Positions 44,281-59,013 are shown, counted from the stretch's first letter. The stretch: 64,000 bases of DNA from Adineta vaga (GCA_021613535.1 CP075497.1:5332001-5396000); one strand, 5' to 3'. The notes: generated by a model from the sequence alone, not told the origin. Numbers and translations: made by a program.

Positions 44281-47200
44281 TATACGAATAAAAGATCATA
44301 ATTTTCAATTGTTAGTTAGTAATCAAGAAGTGATCAATAAAATGACTCTATTATTTCTCAAAAATATTTTTTAATATATCTCTTTGAAAGTTTTATATCG
44401 TATCATGTACATGACGTTAAAAGAATTTAAATCTATCTTCTTTCGTGCAACTCATATGATCAAATTAAAATCAATCTTTTGTGTTGTTTTTCTTACCAAA
44501 TAACAGTAAATAAGTGTGAGTAACTTTACACGCTCAAGTAAATTTATTTATTCTTTGTTTGGCACAGAAGAATTCGTTTTTTAATTGAAATATAGCGTGT
44601 AATACTGATTAACTGGATTGATGAATCGATTCTTTTCACACATTTTGAAAGTAAACTATTAATCTTGGAAGTGTATTTATAATTGATTGTTAATATTAGA
44701 AAATTCTTGGACTTAATCTGATGAACATAGTTTTCTATTTCATACAAATAATTAAAGAAGACGATCATTTCTAGTGAAGAAGAGTTAACGTAAAAATAGT
44801 TAGAAATTCTTTCATTCTATAATGTACTAAATGTTTTAGATATCTACGTATATATAGACATTGTTAATCGTCGATGACAACTATGTAGTCGACATTGTCA
44901 ATGGTCTTCGAGAGTTCTTATATTGTAGAAATACATTTGAATGTCATGAATAAACTACGATTAGTGTTAATTATATCTTAGAAGAAAAACTACTTCCTTT
45001 TCTATTTTGTTAGAACATGTTCATCACTTTATATTTGAGATTTGCTTATCTTATTTCTATTAGACTTCGAAAAAGAAGATCGGTTTTCTTTTCTTGAGAA
45101 TTATATCTATATTGAGTTTATATTCAACAGTTCTTCTCGTCTAATAGAATGAATTTCTTTTCCGTAGTTTATATAGCTTCAAATAAGTGAAAAAGAAATT
45201 CATACGAGATCATTCGTTTTAATGAACAGTCGTCTCTACTCTGATATTATCACTCACACTCGGATATAACAAGATCATTTGCATTCCGTCTTTGTTCATA
45301 AAAACACGAGATAATAAAATATATTTGAATACCGCTTACAAGTTTACAGTTCTACACATTTATTTTCAATTATATGTTTATCAGATATGTTTCTACGTTT
45401 TATCAACATGCGAAAAAAAAATACACTATTTCTCATGAGTTTATTTTGATAGGTGACTAAAAGAATTACATGTATATCGACATCATTTGTTAGACTTTAA
45501 GTGCATAGTATGTGTATCACCTTGATCGAATAACTCAACTCCATAGATTCTAGCTATGAAAAGATGTGTCATTTAATCATATAATTTAATATCGTTCTTT
45601 TTCTGCCGCCAAATGTTTATAGAATATCAATCGTAATTTTTTTAATTACCTAGTATGAAATACTTAAGGCTAACGAATACATTAACTGTGCATCGTTGAT
45701 GAGTAAAAAAGACGTTATATTCTACAATTAAATATCTTGTCGACAATATTATACTGCCATACAAAAATGTATTATCTATTTCTCATAATCTATCTTCTAT
45801 CAAGACATTGATACTGTCGACTCTTTGTCTTACTTACGAATTTAAATATTACATTTGTATGTAAGTAAAAGAAGGAAATAATTTGCGTAGTATTCTAAAT
45901 GACATCACACGAACATCTTGGTACACATAAATTATTATGATTGAAACTACGTCTATAGACAGAATTTGTTATTTGTGCTTCTTCTCGAATGATTCTGAGC
46001 CTCGGATTAAGATACTATTTCCTTCCATTGCGATTGTATTTTTCTTATTATTATTTGAAGAATATCTGATGTTATGCGACGTGTTTAAATTCAATCCGAT
46101 AACTCAACAAAAATTTTAGCAAGGCATTATCTAGCTATATCTTTCATATCTACTGATACGATAAAAATTTCTCTTAACTTTAAATCCGGAAAAGCAATCT
46201 GTTCTCTTTAATGACCTTCATTAGTTCATCAAAAAAGTGTACGAGTTTTTTTTCTTAATAGTATTCGAATAACTTAAGATTTTATTGACTTAGGTAAATT
46301 AAAGATTAAGAGGATAATGACACAATTAGTTTCCTCAAAAGCATCAGTGTAGCAATATGTTAATTAGTTTTTTATTGTAGAAAAATCTTCAGGAAATATG
46401 ACCTTCCTTCCTAATCTCTTTTTTTTTGAACTTCAGATCATCGTCGATAAGAATATATACAACTTGAGATTAATTTATTACTTTATTAGTAAATTTATAT
46501 AGAAATCAATCGCTAAACTCCTCGTTGTAAATGCAACATTCATATTACAGATACTCGCAGTAATAATCAATGATCTAACGACATACTCTTTTAAAAACAA
46601 CTGATGTTTGTTTTTGATTATCAATCACAAAAATTCTTTGGATTCTTATTGTAACAAATGACCTGAAAAAATTCTTTTCGACATGTTTGTAATTGTGACG
46701 AAAATTAGATGATAGTAAATCATTGTTTTGTGATCATTGAGACGTTACAATTGATTCAGACCTTGAATAAATTTGATTATCCTCTTCTATCTCCATTATC
46801 ATATTGATTAACATTTTATTGTTGATAACTTACAAAAACACACTCTTCTGATTAGATAAGATGAATTTTTGCATGAGATAATCGCATTATTCCAAGTCAT
46901 AATTATGATGATTCAATACCTCATCTATCGTATCTTAATTGGTTCTGATTCACTGATATGTTAAACGTAATCTTAACTTAATTATTAATATATTCTTCTC
47001 TCATTTCTAGTAGAAAATATTCTTAAAGATCTGTTGTATTCTATTCTATTGAAATAATTAGTAGTTTATTTGTTTCTTGTTACTAATCTAGATAAAACCT
47101 AGATAGATAATGTTATCCAGTACTTTTGGCTGATTAATCAGAACATCTATTCATATATAATTAGTAAAACTTTTAAAAGAAAAGTTGGCCCTTTCATAAT

Positions 47201-48694
47201 AGTTTAGCAATGTTCTTGTTGTCGATGCGTAGTACTAAGTCGATGTAGGCAGTGACAGGAATAGGAGTTCGTGTTTTATATCTCAATAACAGTTCAGAAA
47301 GTATATATTAGTGAATATGACATACATAAGGAGAGAAAGAGAGTATTATAATCTTGTATAAAGAAAACAAATGATAGAATAGAATAAAAAAAGGCAATGA
47401 AAACGATATAAATGGAATATACTATATAAGAAGAATATTCATATCCTCTGTAATTAATATGAAATGTGCATACTATGGTAATGTAGGCGAAATCTAACAT
47501 TAACTAAACTTATAAATTCTTAAATGATTAACGAGTAACTTTGAAAATAACTTTTTTCATTTGCCGTTATAAATACTACTCTTCTTCATCTTCATGATTA
47601 TACTATCAATTCTTTTTATCTCTTGAAGACAACCATACTTTTTTTTCGGTTATTAATTCATATCTCTCTATGCTTTAAGCTAGACGAAAGAGTGTGTGTT
47701 CTTTGAAGAGAGTTTAGTCGTCTTAATAGTTGTTCTGTGCGACGTGCAATGATGCGCTAAGAGCGAGAAGGAAATGGTTGATCGTCTTTTTCTGATACAG
47801 AAAGAAAAGACACGGGTCTGACGATGTTATCATTCTCATCGATGCTGTTAACATAGTTACCCGTCATGACGTCTTTCGCGCTAGTTTATATCTAACGCAA
47901 ATTCATCGAGATTTAGTTTTAATCTGGCAAACATCTGAATCTATATATTTTGATGGTAAGTTTATAGAATAGATTATTGAATTTTTAAAGTATTCATTAT
48001 GTATTCATTATGAAATACTTTATTGAGCAGTCAATCAGTAAATAAAACTGAGCATGTTCGATAATTATTTCTTATTTCGATGACATTTATGATCAACAGC
48101 AAAAAATATAGTTCTCTCAATTTATGAAATTGAATTATCTCAAATATGATTAGGTCGAAAGAGTTCGGTCTAGAGCGGATCATATTCAGTCTAAATCGAA
48201 TAAGACAAACTACGCATAATCGTATCATCGTTATATCTCCAGTCGGATATATCTTTATTCATAAACAAAGATTTATTTCACTTCTACTTTCTTTATTTAA
48301 CTCTTCCCTGGATTACTGTAAACACTTCATGCATCATCTGTACAATATTTTATCATAAATCATTCGACTTCGAAGGCACTATCAATCATAGAAATGTCAG
48401 AAGACAATTAGTGAAAATAAGATAGGATTGTTTTTGTAATCTAACTGTGAAAGATACCATAAAGAAAACAATGAATTATCTATTCGAGTTAGACAAGAAT
48501 TATCACGTTTTTTGTAATTATAGCCCATCGATCAAGAGGAAAAAAATGAGAACAAGACTTTTACGACAAGAATAAATATGGGTATCACGTCCATAATTGA
48601 ATCTTTTGTTTATACCATAAGATAAATGAAGTTTGTTAGAACTCAGATACGAGTAAACTCGCCAAAGGAAGATCTTTTTTTCTCTGTACCATTG

Positions 48695-48906
48695 TTAACT
48701 CTTCGTAGCTGTCCTCATTTTCAGTCTTCAGTTGTAGTCTTATAATTACTTGGGAACAACAGAGAGGAAATCCAATCTTTCTCTATGAGTTGGGCTTAGT
48801 ATGCACTAGTCAAAAATAGCAAACTGAAACGTCAACTGCAGTCGTGTTAGAAGATATAGACAAGTGGTGGGTCTGCTTGCACTCCACGACAGCAACGAAC
48901 GGTTAA
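48695..48906. mobile_element. piggyBac-like MITE remnant (~204 bp) flanked by TTAA
   Basis: Left end TTAA|CTCTTCGTAGCTGTC; right end GACAGCAACGAACGG|TTAA (reverse complement TTAA|CCGTTCGTTGCTGTC). 16/19 match including TTAA; GC-rich relative to flanks. Confidence 0.5.
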
Positions 48907-50332
48907 TGAATATCTCTTCATAAATAAATCAATGAAAAACATCAATACATTCACGTGTAAGTTCCATGTACTTTTAATATGATTTAAATAGACTAAATAT
49001 TTATGTATAGAATGATATTTGAATTTCAAGTATGTGAAAAACTTTGGTCATCATCATAAAGATTGCATCTACAGATACGTCATTTATATGCGCAAAAGTA
49101 GATAAAACAGAATAGTTACATTTGAGTGCATATTAAATCAGATCTCCTGTTACAAATTCTTATTGTTCTTGTCATGTGTGCATGTTTCTTTTCCATTTTT
49201 GCACGCACATCAGTTATTTCTAAGCTATTCAAAAAGAAAAGAGAAATCATGATGAGTACTGAAAAATATGAGATATTAAAACGGACGTTTTTTAGTGTAA
49301 GATAACTTTCTTGTATAAGTAATTGACTTTGATATTGTGACTTATTTATTCAGGAAGAACCGTTTCATTTTAAAACAATTCTATATGATAATAGAGAATT
49401 AAAATATATTAAAATTTAATAACAAGCTTGTATAAATCAAATTCAATGTGTGACTAACATACTTGTCTTTTTATCATATTAAACATATATTATTAGCACT
49501 TACTTTAATTTCTATTCAATGATATTGTTGAGAATTAGAATATTTAACTTAGAATAATTTTTTCATTAACTTCTTCATAAAATGTCAGACTTCCATTTTA
49601 TCAATCGTAGCTTCTTAATAAAGCTAGATTATGTTGGAGAAAAGCCATATTCAATATGATTTCAAGACTTAATATTTGTATTATTTTGTCATTAGGGGAA
49701 GTACAGAACGATGAATCAGATTTCCGATTAAGTATTTTACACGTGACGATTGATAAGGAAGAAAAGATTGAGTATTTTGATGAAATCGTTCAGCGATAAA
49801 AAGCATTCAAATTAGTTTCAGAAGGAATGTTTTTCTATTGAGAATATCGCATAAACTAACTGGTCATATTCGATACAAATCTGAATTTTCTCTAACGAAA
49901 GAAGAACATTATCTACTATGATACTTTAACCCTCTCTGACATTTTCCATTAGAAGAAAATAAAAGCGAGACAAAGGAAAGCGCACACGATATTCTAAGCA
50001 TTCCTTTTCTTTTTTTTTCTTATCGACCACGGAACTAGTAAGTATATAGAATACGTCTGCTCTGTACCCGACCGTTCTTTTTTGTTCAATCCGATTACAT
50101 ATTCGAATATGTAAAGAACTACTTACATATACTCAATAATATATTAATGCAGTTTTCTTATACATTACATTTCTATTTTTCTAGATAATCATATAATATC
50201 AAAATCTTTCTTTGTGATATTCGTCTTTCGATTACTTAAAATTTGTCTATTTCAATAGAAATTAATGTAAATATTTGCATCGATTTATTTATTTTGATTA
50301 ATTTCACATGACAAATTACTTTAAATCGAACT

Positions 50333-53317
50333 ATGTTCGGATTTGTTAATTGTAATGCCTCACTTCTCTCACGACAAGTTACAGATCCAAACTTGTTTTT
50401 TGTTCGAACCCTAGTCAAGAACTGGCTTTGGCCCATAATAACATTTTTCGGTAAGTTTCTAGAATCCTCCAATTAAAAAAATATACATTATTACTGTTTA
50501 TCGAAAGAAAATCTTACACAAAAGATTCCTTACTGAGAGAGAAACGTATTTGGAAAGAGGATTGCAAAAGTTAATCTCCTCTTTTTGGCAGATTGAAATA
50601 GCTACAAAAGAAGTGAAGGAAATCCCATTGTTCGAAGATAAAATCAGCTTTTTTTTTAAAGATGATTAGTTCATTCAAAAATCTTTAGCTAAATGTCTAA
50701 TTATAGAATATTTACGTCAGTAAAATGAACTTAATAGACTTAAATATGTATTATTATTTTTATTAGGTGTAACTGGAAATATTCTAGTTATTATTGTTCT
50801 TACTAAACGTCGAATGATCATGTCGTCAACAAATAATTATTTAGTTGCTTTAGCAATTGTGGATATAGCATATCTGCTTTTAACACTTATACTTAATACA
50901 TCACAAAATCCTTGTTTTATTGGTACTACTTTATCAGATGTCATTTCGATTATCTGTCGACCTATTGCTGATTTTTCATCGAATACAAGTGTTTGGTTAA
51001 CAGTAACATTTACAGTTGAACGATGGGTTGCAATAACGTATCCATTACAAAGTCGAACTTGGTGTACAGTTAGTCGAGCAAGAAGAATTATTATAAGTGT
51101 TATATTTGCAGCATTAATATGTACATTACCATCGGTTTTTGAAATGAAACTTGTACGAGTTACTGAAACTCAAAATGCAACTAATTCAAATGAAACATCT
51201 GTAATGAAAAGTCGTTTACAAGCCAAGCCAACAGCATTAGGAAGTAGTTCTTTATATCATCAAATTTATTTCAATTTCGTCACGTAAGTTATTTTCACTA
51301 TTTGAACTGAAATATTAGAAAACATGAAGATAAAATAGCAATCTAATGACAATGACGGGAAAAAATCATGATTATTTCACATATTAGATGTTATTTTACA
51401 CTCTTACTAATGATATTTATAATATAGTTTAAAAAAAGCAGACAATTTTTGAATATACATGTTTCCTTCACAAAGATTTACACATTCTTATCGTAATGTA
51501 GAGATTCATTCTTCTATAACAAGAGAATTTGCATGTCCTAACTGCAACATGCTATACAGCAACAGACATGATCAAACACGAGTTTTCATGTTAACCTTAC
51601 GCTTCAAATCTATGAAGATTTACAGATTGAAATATCATGATAAAAATTACGCTGTATCTTTCAAATTTTGCATGTTTATAAGATAGATAAAAGAAAATTC
51701 TATTCGTTGAATGACGACGATTGTGTACTCGATGTCCGCATTACATATGATTTTTTATCTACAGATTTGCTATTGTGTGGATTCCATTATTACTTCTTGT
51801 TATATTTAATACTATACTTATTATATATGTTCATCGTTCCAAACAAGAGGAACAGCAAAATAATGAAGGTATAAAACTACGTCGACATAATCGTGGAAAT
51901 CAGAGTGAACAAAGAAAAACAACAATTATGTTAAGTAAGTTCTCATTTTCTTCATATTCTCAATTTCTACAATCATTTTTCAATCTTTAGTTGCCGTTGT
52001 TATTGTTTTTACTGTTTGTCAAATTCCGCAAGCCATATCTTTAACTTTACAATCATTTTTACCTGTCTTAGCACAAACATCTCAAGTGCTTATTTATAAT
52101 AATTTTGCCAATTGTTTAGTTGCTATTAATGCCTCTATAAATTTTCTCTTATATTGTTCTTTTTCTGGACGATTTCGTTCCACGTGTCGATCAAGTTTTA
52201 CTCTTGTCTATAAATACTGTGCCATTTGTATTGAACCAAATTGGATATCAACAAAAGTTAGCAATAAATATTCAATTTCTTTCGATAATATGTCAGCAAC
52301 TTATCCATATACTCCATCAAATTATTCTTTACAAGCACAACCCGTCAATGCTCGAATATCCAATCTTAGTAATGATTTAAATATAAAACGATCAAGACAA
52401 AATATGCATAATGTATCATCACGACAATCACCAATATTTAATGGTTATCGATCATCATGGACAACAGTCTTTTCAAAATTGAATTTACATAGAAAGGATA
52501 AAAATGATATAACACAAATCCCTTTTATGCAAAGTCCTGAAACGGTAGGCACTTGTAAAGTTTAAGGTCGATTTAATCCCTCCAGACATAGAGTTGTGTC
52601 ATTTATATTAGTTATATGAATTTGAATGAATAATTTATTTTGTTAATGAATAGAAAGTAATAACATAGCCTTGAGATTTATAGCTCATCTTTTGAATCTT
52701 TATCTATTTATGTATTCAAGTCGAATTTGATTTGAATTGTTGACAGATGAATTACCGAATTGTAGATTGATATTTCTATGGGAAATAAGAACATATTTGA
52801 TTGTTTTGATCATTACTTCATTTTGATTATGAGAGAAAAAACTGAAACATTAATTCTTTAATCTTTATACATTAGTTTCACATATGAAATTTTCGTCTTT
52901 TTTCTTTTCTATTTTTAGACATCAAGTCCATCTTCTTTTGTTCATCAATCTCGCATATCAAATAATTCTCTCACACATCATTCATTACTCAAATTATCTC
53001 CGACAGACGAAACGATTCCATTACGTTCATCCATGATTTCTATGGCCAGTAAAGTAATAGAAATTAAACGTGGGCTATCGTCAATCAATATGTTAAATGC
53101 TTCAACTGAAAAAGACAAAACCCTAACAGATAACAAATCTAATCAATTAAATCGAGCATCAGCACTCCATCCATTCTACCATTCACATCGATCATTAAAT
53201 GAGACTACCAAAGATCATGTTTGGATAAAACGTCGATTATCTAATGATGCTATACGAAAAATTTTCAATCGAGAACAATCATTTTTATGGAAAGACATTG
53301 TTGACGCTACTGTATAA
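50333..53317 (+). CDS. Class A neuropeptide GPCR (FMRFamide/sex-peptide receptor-like)
   Basis: GVTGNILV (TM1), SSTNNYLVALAIVD (TM2), SVWLTVTFTVERWVAITYPL (TM3), WIPLLLLVIFN (TM5), CQIPQ (TM6), NASINFLLYC (TM7). Last exon (from ~52919) inferred. Confidence 0.88.
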
Positions 53318-53959
53318 AAAAAACATAGTTTTAACGTTGATTTTATCGTTTGTTATTACGGTTCATCAGATAAGATAAAAAGAAACTTTTTAGCGTGAAA
53401 TTCTTGAAAAAATACTCATTAATGAGATAAAAATCGTCATTATTTTCATTGCCATATCATCGTAACTTTACAAATGAATGTTCCCAAAAAAAAAGAAGTC
53501 AAATGTTTCTATGGACAATGGACGATAGAATAGTATCACATTAGAATGTTAGAAGCGTGATAACAATCATATTCCCACGAGATACACTTTTCTTGATTGA
53601 ACATAAATATTACCGTCTTAATGCGTGATAATCAGAGATATTGATCGTTTCTCAGCATGGATAATAAAAACTATCCTCATTATCACATATGAGTAACTTA
53701 AAAGAAAAATATCCAATATGAACTTTATTGAAGGTCATCATCTTCAATTAGAATGAACATTTTTTTCTCTCTTTTTTTTTGCGTCTCCCTCTCTCTCTCT
53801 TGATACGAATTAAGCGATTGGCTCGAAAAGAGAAGAACAAACAGATGCTATTGTTTTCTCTTCTCTTCGATTTAAATCGGACAGATTGATTAGAATATAT
53901 ATATATAAATATAATAATGATGATGCCTTATAACACAACAATCATCATTTAAAAACATC

Positions 53960-56265
53960 ATGGAACAATCAACAGCTATTACGAAACTTTTTCGAGCACT
54001 ACAATTTCGTAAACATGTTAAAGGTAAATAGCCTCATCTAATTTCGAAATAGTATCGATGATGTAATTCATTGAAAGAAAGAATTGTCATAAGTCTTCTT
54101 GTTCAATACTATAAAATTCGATTTGTTGCTTTTGTTTCTCTCATAATACACAGATGGGATTCGTAATATGTAATTTTATTCTTTTGACATGCCCTCTAGT
54201 CAGCCTATCATGCTGTGAGTAGAAGAGAAAAAGAGCTCTTGTTATGCGCTATATTCGTTCGTTCATTCATTCATTTGCATCAAATGTGGCCTGGTTGTAA
54301 TATTCTTAGTGAGTAGAAATGTTTTGATAATCTCTAATTTCGTTCATAAACGTCGAAATCTTTCTAATTATGTATTCATAAGTACACACAATCTCTTTTG
54401 TAAACATCGACATGTGTTTGTGAAGATTGAGAGTGTCAAGACGGAAGTCGGAAAAAGAGGAAAGAAGTTTAAATATAAAAGAAAAAAAGATATTTAAACG
54501 GTTCTTCAACGCGAGAACACTTCACTTCAGACATGATTGAACTCAGCAGTTAGTTATGCATCAATGTCAAATGTTTGATCTTTTCATGTTTTTCTTTTTT
54601 TTTCCTTCCAGAACTTACAAGCGCATGTAAGCGGATCAATAAAGAGACTTGTTATGAATTTGTAACCTATCGTCCTCCAACATCAAATATACTTTCAACA
54701 CACAAGAAATCTGCAAAATTTAATATCTTAGTATGTTATAAATCAAAATCAATGGCTTCTTATTGAATAATTCTATTCTTTTTAATTTAGCGTTCGAAAA
54801 TTCATAATTATAAACAAAGAAGTAAAAGTGCATGTCGGTTATCGACTCGAATACGACCAAAATTCGAATGTTCATCGCCTTCGGCAAATATTCCTTCAAA
54901 TGATCAACAGCAACAACAACTACCGATTGAACATCTGGCACATGCGACATCGAGTACACCAGCTAATCTATCAATGATTGTAAAACAATCATATAAACCT
55001 TTACATGCTAAGTCAACACAATTTAATCGAAATACGATTGCTATCACAAAAGGTAATATATTGCCACTTTGTTCTACATGAACAATTCTTTCGATTGTTT
55101 GATGAATATTTCTTTTTCCTACGATTTAATTGAATGACTACTGTTTAATTGCATTCGTTTTCCTCTTGACACCTTTTGCTCTTCTCTTTCGTCTTCTTTC
55201 GCAAAGCGAAACAATCATCGTTTAAGTCAATATTTCTTTTATGAATCTTTGTATACATATAAACAGGTAGAAGAGACTAAGCCGATAATGAAAGAAACAT
55301 CATTGAATATGTATTTACATGTGTTCTATTGATTTTATTTGCATTCAATGTCTCTCCTGATTGACATATTAATTGGAAACAAATAAAACTTTGGGTGTGA
55401 TCTAAATAGACATTGACAATATCGTTTAAATTTATTTTCAAGTCTAGACATTTGTTAGATACAAAAATTTGAGACGAACTTTTTTCGTCCTCTTAATAGA
55501 TTACACCTTGGAAAAGAAATCTATCAATGTAAATATTAGTATAGAACATGTATTTGTTCCACTAAGAAATAAATCGTTTTGAATAATTATTGAAGATTCT
55601 TTATTCATTTAGATACAACTGTGAAAGCACTTTATGCGATATCAAATTGGATATTTATTGAAATAATTGAAACAGGTCAAACTGGTTTTGTTCCTAGTTA
55701 TTGTCTTCGTTTACCAGATTCACCTGTCGAATCAGCATCACAAAATAATTTAAGTTTATTAAATGTTAGTATTTATGAAAAACCTTTTCCATCAATCATT
55801 ACATCAACTTCACCACCCGCTGGTCGATTTATTTCATCGATTGGGCCATGTCATTTCAATATTGAACAACCATCATCCTTAACTTGTTCACGTGTAAATA
55901 AATCTCGAACATATACTCGTCAACAATACAAAGATCAATCGAATTTATCTCGACAGATCTCCAATATGTCACTTCATGCTTATGATCATGATGCATATGA
56001 AACACTTAATGTAACTCCATGTAAAAGCTTATCATTCAGTGTGTTAGATAGTGAACCGATTATATATCATTCCAATAGTCGTCTACGTGTGATTGAAAAT
56101 TATCAACGACAATTTGTTGGCGATATCAGTGTACTCGAATCTGAAGTTGTAACATTGATTAATACAGCTCAAAACGATAGTGATTGGCGTTTTGTACGAC
56201 GTGGTGATGGACGACAAGGTTATATTCCTAAACATATTGTTGTACCCGATCGAAATTTTAATTAA
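53960..56265 (+). CDS. Two-SH3-domain adaptor, Dlish/Vamana-like
   Basis: SH3-1 MIVKQSYKP...VKALYAISNWIFIE...GFVPSYC; SH3-2 VIENYQRQFVGDISVLESEVV...DWRFVRRGDGRQGYIP. 5' exons inferred from splice sites. Confidence 0.7.
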
Positions 56266-56393
56266 AAAGAAACAAAATCATTTTGCGTTCCTTTTTCTTG
56301 TGTATATGTGAGATTTTATTTAACAATAAGAACAAAAAAAAACGACACATTTGTTTTTGTTTTTCGTAACAGATAAGATAAAATACAACGTTT

Positions 56394-58453
56394 TTATGTT
56401 GATGATGAACGTCCAAGTAATTCATCACAAACATCAACAATGTGTATTGCATATTGATTAAATGTTGATGAGGAAGAAGAAGTAGAAGAAGAAGAAGGTT
56501 TAATCGTTTTTAATCGTAACATTTCTTCACGAAGTTTAGCTAATAAGGCATGATTTGGTTCATTCTTTTTTGCACCACGTACAATATCAGCCAATTCATC
56601 ATCAACACGAACACGTTTATAAGTATCAGCATTCTTTTCATATAAACGAATTAATGAACCATATGCATGTAAATATGGATGAAGTTTTCTTAATAATTTT
56701 TGAGCAGCTAAAAAAGAAGAAATGCAACAGTTCGGAAAGGAATTATTTCTAATTCACAGAGCTTTTATTTACCTAAATTTTTAGCATGTGCTTTATCTTT
56801 TGCTTGTGCTTCTTCTTTATGTTCATTACCAATTTCTAATGTAATATGTGTAAACATTGGCTTCTTTGTCATTGTTAATTTTATGTTCGATTCACCACGT
56901 GTTAACGCATTGTATGTTAAACTTTTTTCTAACATTTGATAAGGTGTAGGTTTACCAAGTGCAACACAAACATCATAAAGATTAGCATCTAAAATATTGT
57001 ATTCATCTAATAATGAACTATTTGTTGCGTCTGGTTCATTGGAATCATTTTTATTACTGTGATGAGGATGATGATGATTATTATTATCATTATTTACAAT
57101 TATCGATGTTTCATCATCATCGATACAACCTTCTTCTTCAGGAGGTTTTTCTTCAATAATTGTTTGTTTATTTCCTGTTTGTTGTTGTTGTTCTTGTAAT
57201 TTTCGATATTGTGGTATAAGAATAATCAATGATTCTTCAGTAGCTTTTAATTTGGCTGTACGTTTATTGCGACCAATACCTGTACCATACGCAGTGTCAC
57301 CAACGAAAACACGACAACCAAATGGTGAATTTGATTCATCTGTAGTAAACCATTCATATCGAACGGTTAATTTTAAACGTTTCAATGCATATTCTTGTAA
57401 AAGTGCAATTGGACTTTTATTTGGATAGAGATCAATTGTAACCTTTTTGTTAGTGGAATTAGTTGATTCTGATGTTGTCAATAATCGTGGTGGTACTTGT
57501 GGTTGAGTGTCAGTTGTTTTCAATGTAGTTGAGACAACAACAGATGATTGATCATTTGATGTTAATGGTTGGAGTTCAATGACTTGTGTGTCAGCTGGTA
57601 TATTCATTTCACGACGTTTCATTTGTGCTTGCCGAATATATTTCCATTTGTCACTTAATGATGGAAAGAATTTAAATTCACGTTGTTCAAAAGCTAATCG
57701 ACGTTGACAATACGAACGTAATTCATCGGATGTTAATGTACTGAAATATAGTGCATCATCTAATGATGTATTGGACAAGATTTGTAATGAAACTGGTAAT
57801 TGTTGAGGTTTGGGTGGACGTGTTGTTGGTACTGGACAGGTTAGTGGTGTCGAGGTGTCCGTTGTTAATGTGTTGGTAGGTTCAGAAGTAGTAGTTTGTG
57901 CTGGAAGAGAGGATGAAGAATCTTCTTGATTGATATTTGTTGATGGATGCGGAGAAGAGATTTCACCTTCTTCAACATCTTGATTACCACCGCCACCGTC
58001 ATCATCATCATTGTCACTTCGTTTTCGTTTTCGAACTGATGCTGAAGATGAACTTTCTTCTTCAGTCATTTTAAATGGACATTTTACTTCACTGTTTGTT
58101 GATGTTGACTCATTCGGTTCCACTTGTTCTTCTTGTAATCGTTTCATATACAGACAAGGTATCGATGCGATCGGTATTAAATGATGACGTACACTAACTG
58201 AACCAAGAAAATATGGCCGGGATAATGTTACTACACGTGTTTGTTTATGAAAATATAATGGAAATCCACTAGTATGAAATACTTCACACCAACCATCTGG
58301 TAGAGTATGATTTCGTTTATCTTGTGAATAACCTTTAACTGTCCATCGAAGGGTTACCTTAGGTTGACTTGTTGGTTGAACGGTTTGAGACGTATCAGTG
58401 GATTTCTCCACTAAGCTTTCGTCCATTGAATCATCTAAATCTTCACCTTCCAT
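56394..58453 (-). CDS. DGCR8: Microprocessor subunit DGCR8/Pasha
   Basis: WW/Rhed LPDGWCEVFHTSGFPLYFHKQTRVVTLSRPYFLG...IPCL (heme-ligand Cys), two dsRBDs (KSPIALLQEY...KRTAKLKA; KPTPYQML...), C-terminal EPNHALLAKLREEM. Intron 56708-56772. Confidence 0.93.
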
Positions 58454-58577
58454 GCTACAATAAGAAAAAGAAAGGAATAACTAGTTTGATTAGTCAATGT
58501 CTTTTATCATGGAAAAAACTCTTCTTGTTTATTAATGAAAAGAAAAAAGAAATAATCAATGACAAAGAATCAAAAGA

Positions 58578-59013
58578 TTATTTTGGACCGTTTCCACAAA
58601 TACCATTACAAGCACTTGTTCCTTTTTGTAGACATTCCGGATTTGTTGCCGCTTTTTCTTGTTTTTTCTCCCATTCATCCGGTGTATATGTCTTTTGAGT
58701 GAATGCATGAATTTTCGTCATTTCATCTTTTAATAAATCATTGACTAATCTAAAGTTCACATAAAAAATAAATAAATGTGAACAGGATTCATATAATTAA
58801 ACATACCGTTGTCTTGCTAATAATTGTTTACCTTCGAATTTTTTCGATACAATTATTGAATCAAATTTTAAACCACAACCACTTGAACAATCATCAATAT
58901 TCTAAATAGACGAGAAATTGCACATAGAAAATGAAACGATTGTAACTTACCAAATAAGTTGGTTCAAATTCATCTCGTAATTTCTTTTCAATATTATCTT
59001 TATTAATTTCCAT
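58578..59013 (-). CDS. BOLA2: BolA-like protein 2 with a Cys-rich C-terminal extension
   Basis: Three exons: MEINKDNIEKKLRDEFEPTYL / NIDDCSSGCGLKFDSIIVSKKFEGKQLLARQR / LVNDLLKDEMTKIHAFTQKTYTPDEWEKKQ...; SxxFEGK and IHAF motifs. Confidence 0.9.

Noticed and set aside
50020-50075. Helitron terminus (ACTAGT next to a GC-richer patch)
   Set aside because: No clear subterminal hairpin or matching other end.
44300-50300. Short ORFs in the 6-kb region before the GPCR
   Set aside because: Low-complexity F/I/L/Y-rich ORFs expected by chance in AT-rich DNA; the region reads as regulatory or 5' intron sequence.
58805-58820. Loss of the BolA Fe-S ligand histidine (RQR instead of RHR)
   Set aside because: The ligand His of BolA2 is the one in IHAF, which is retained.
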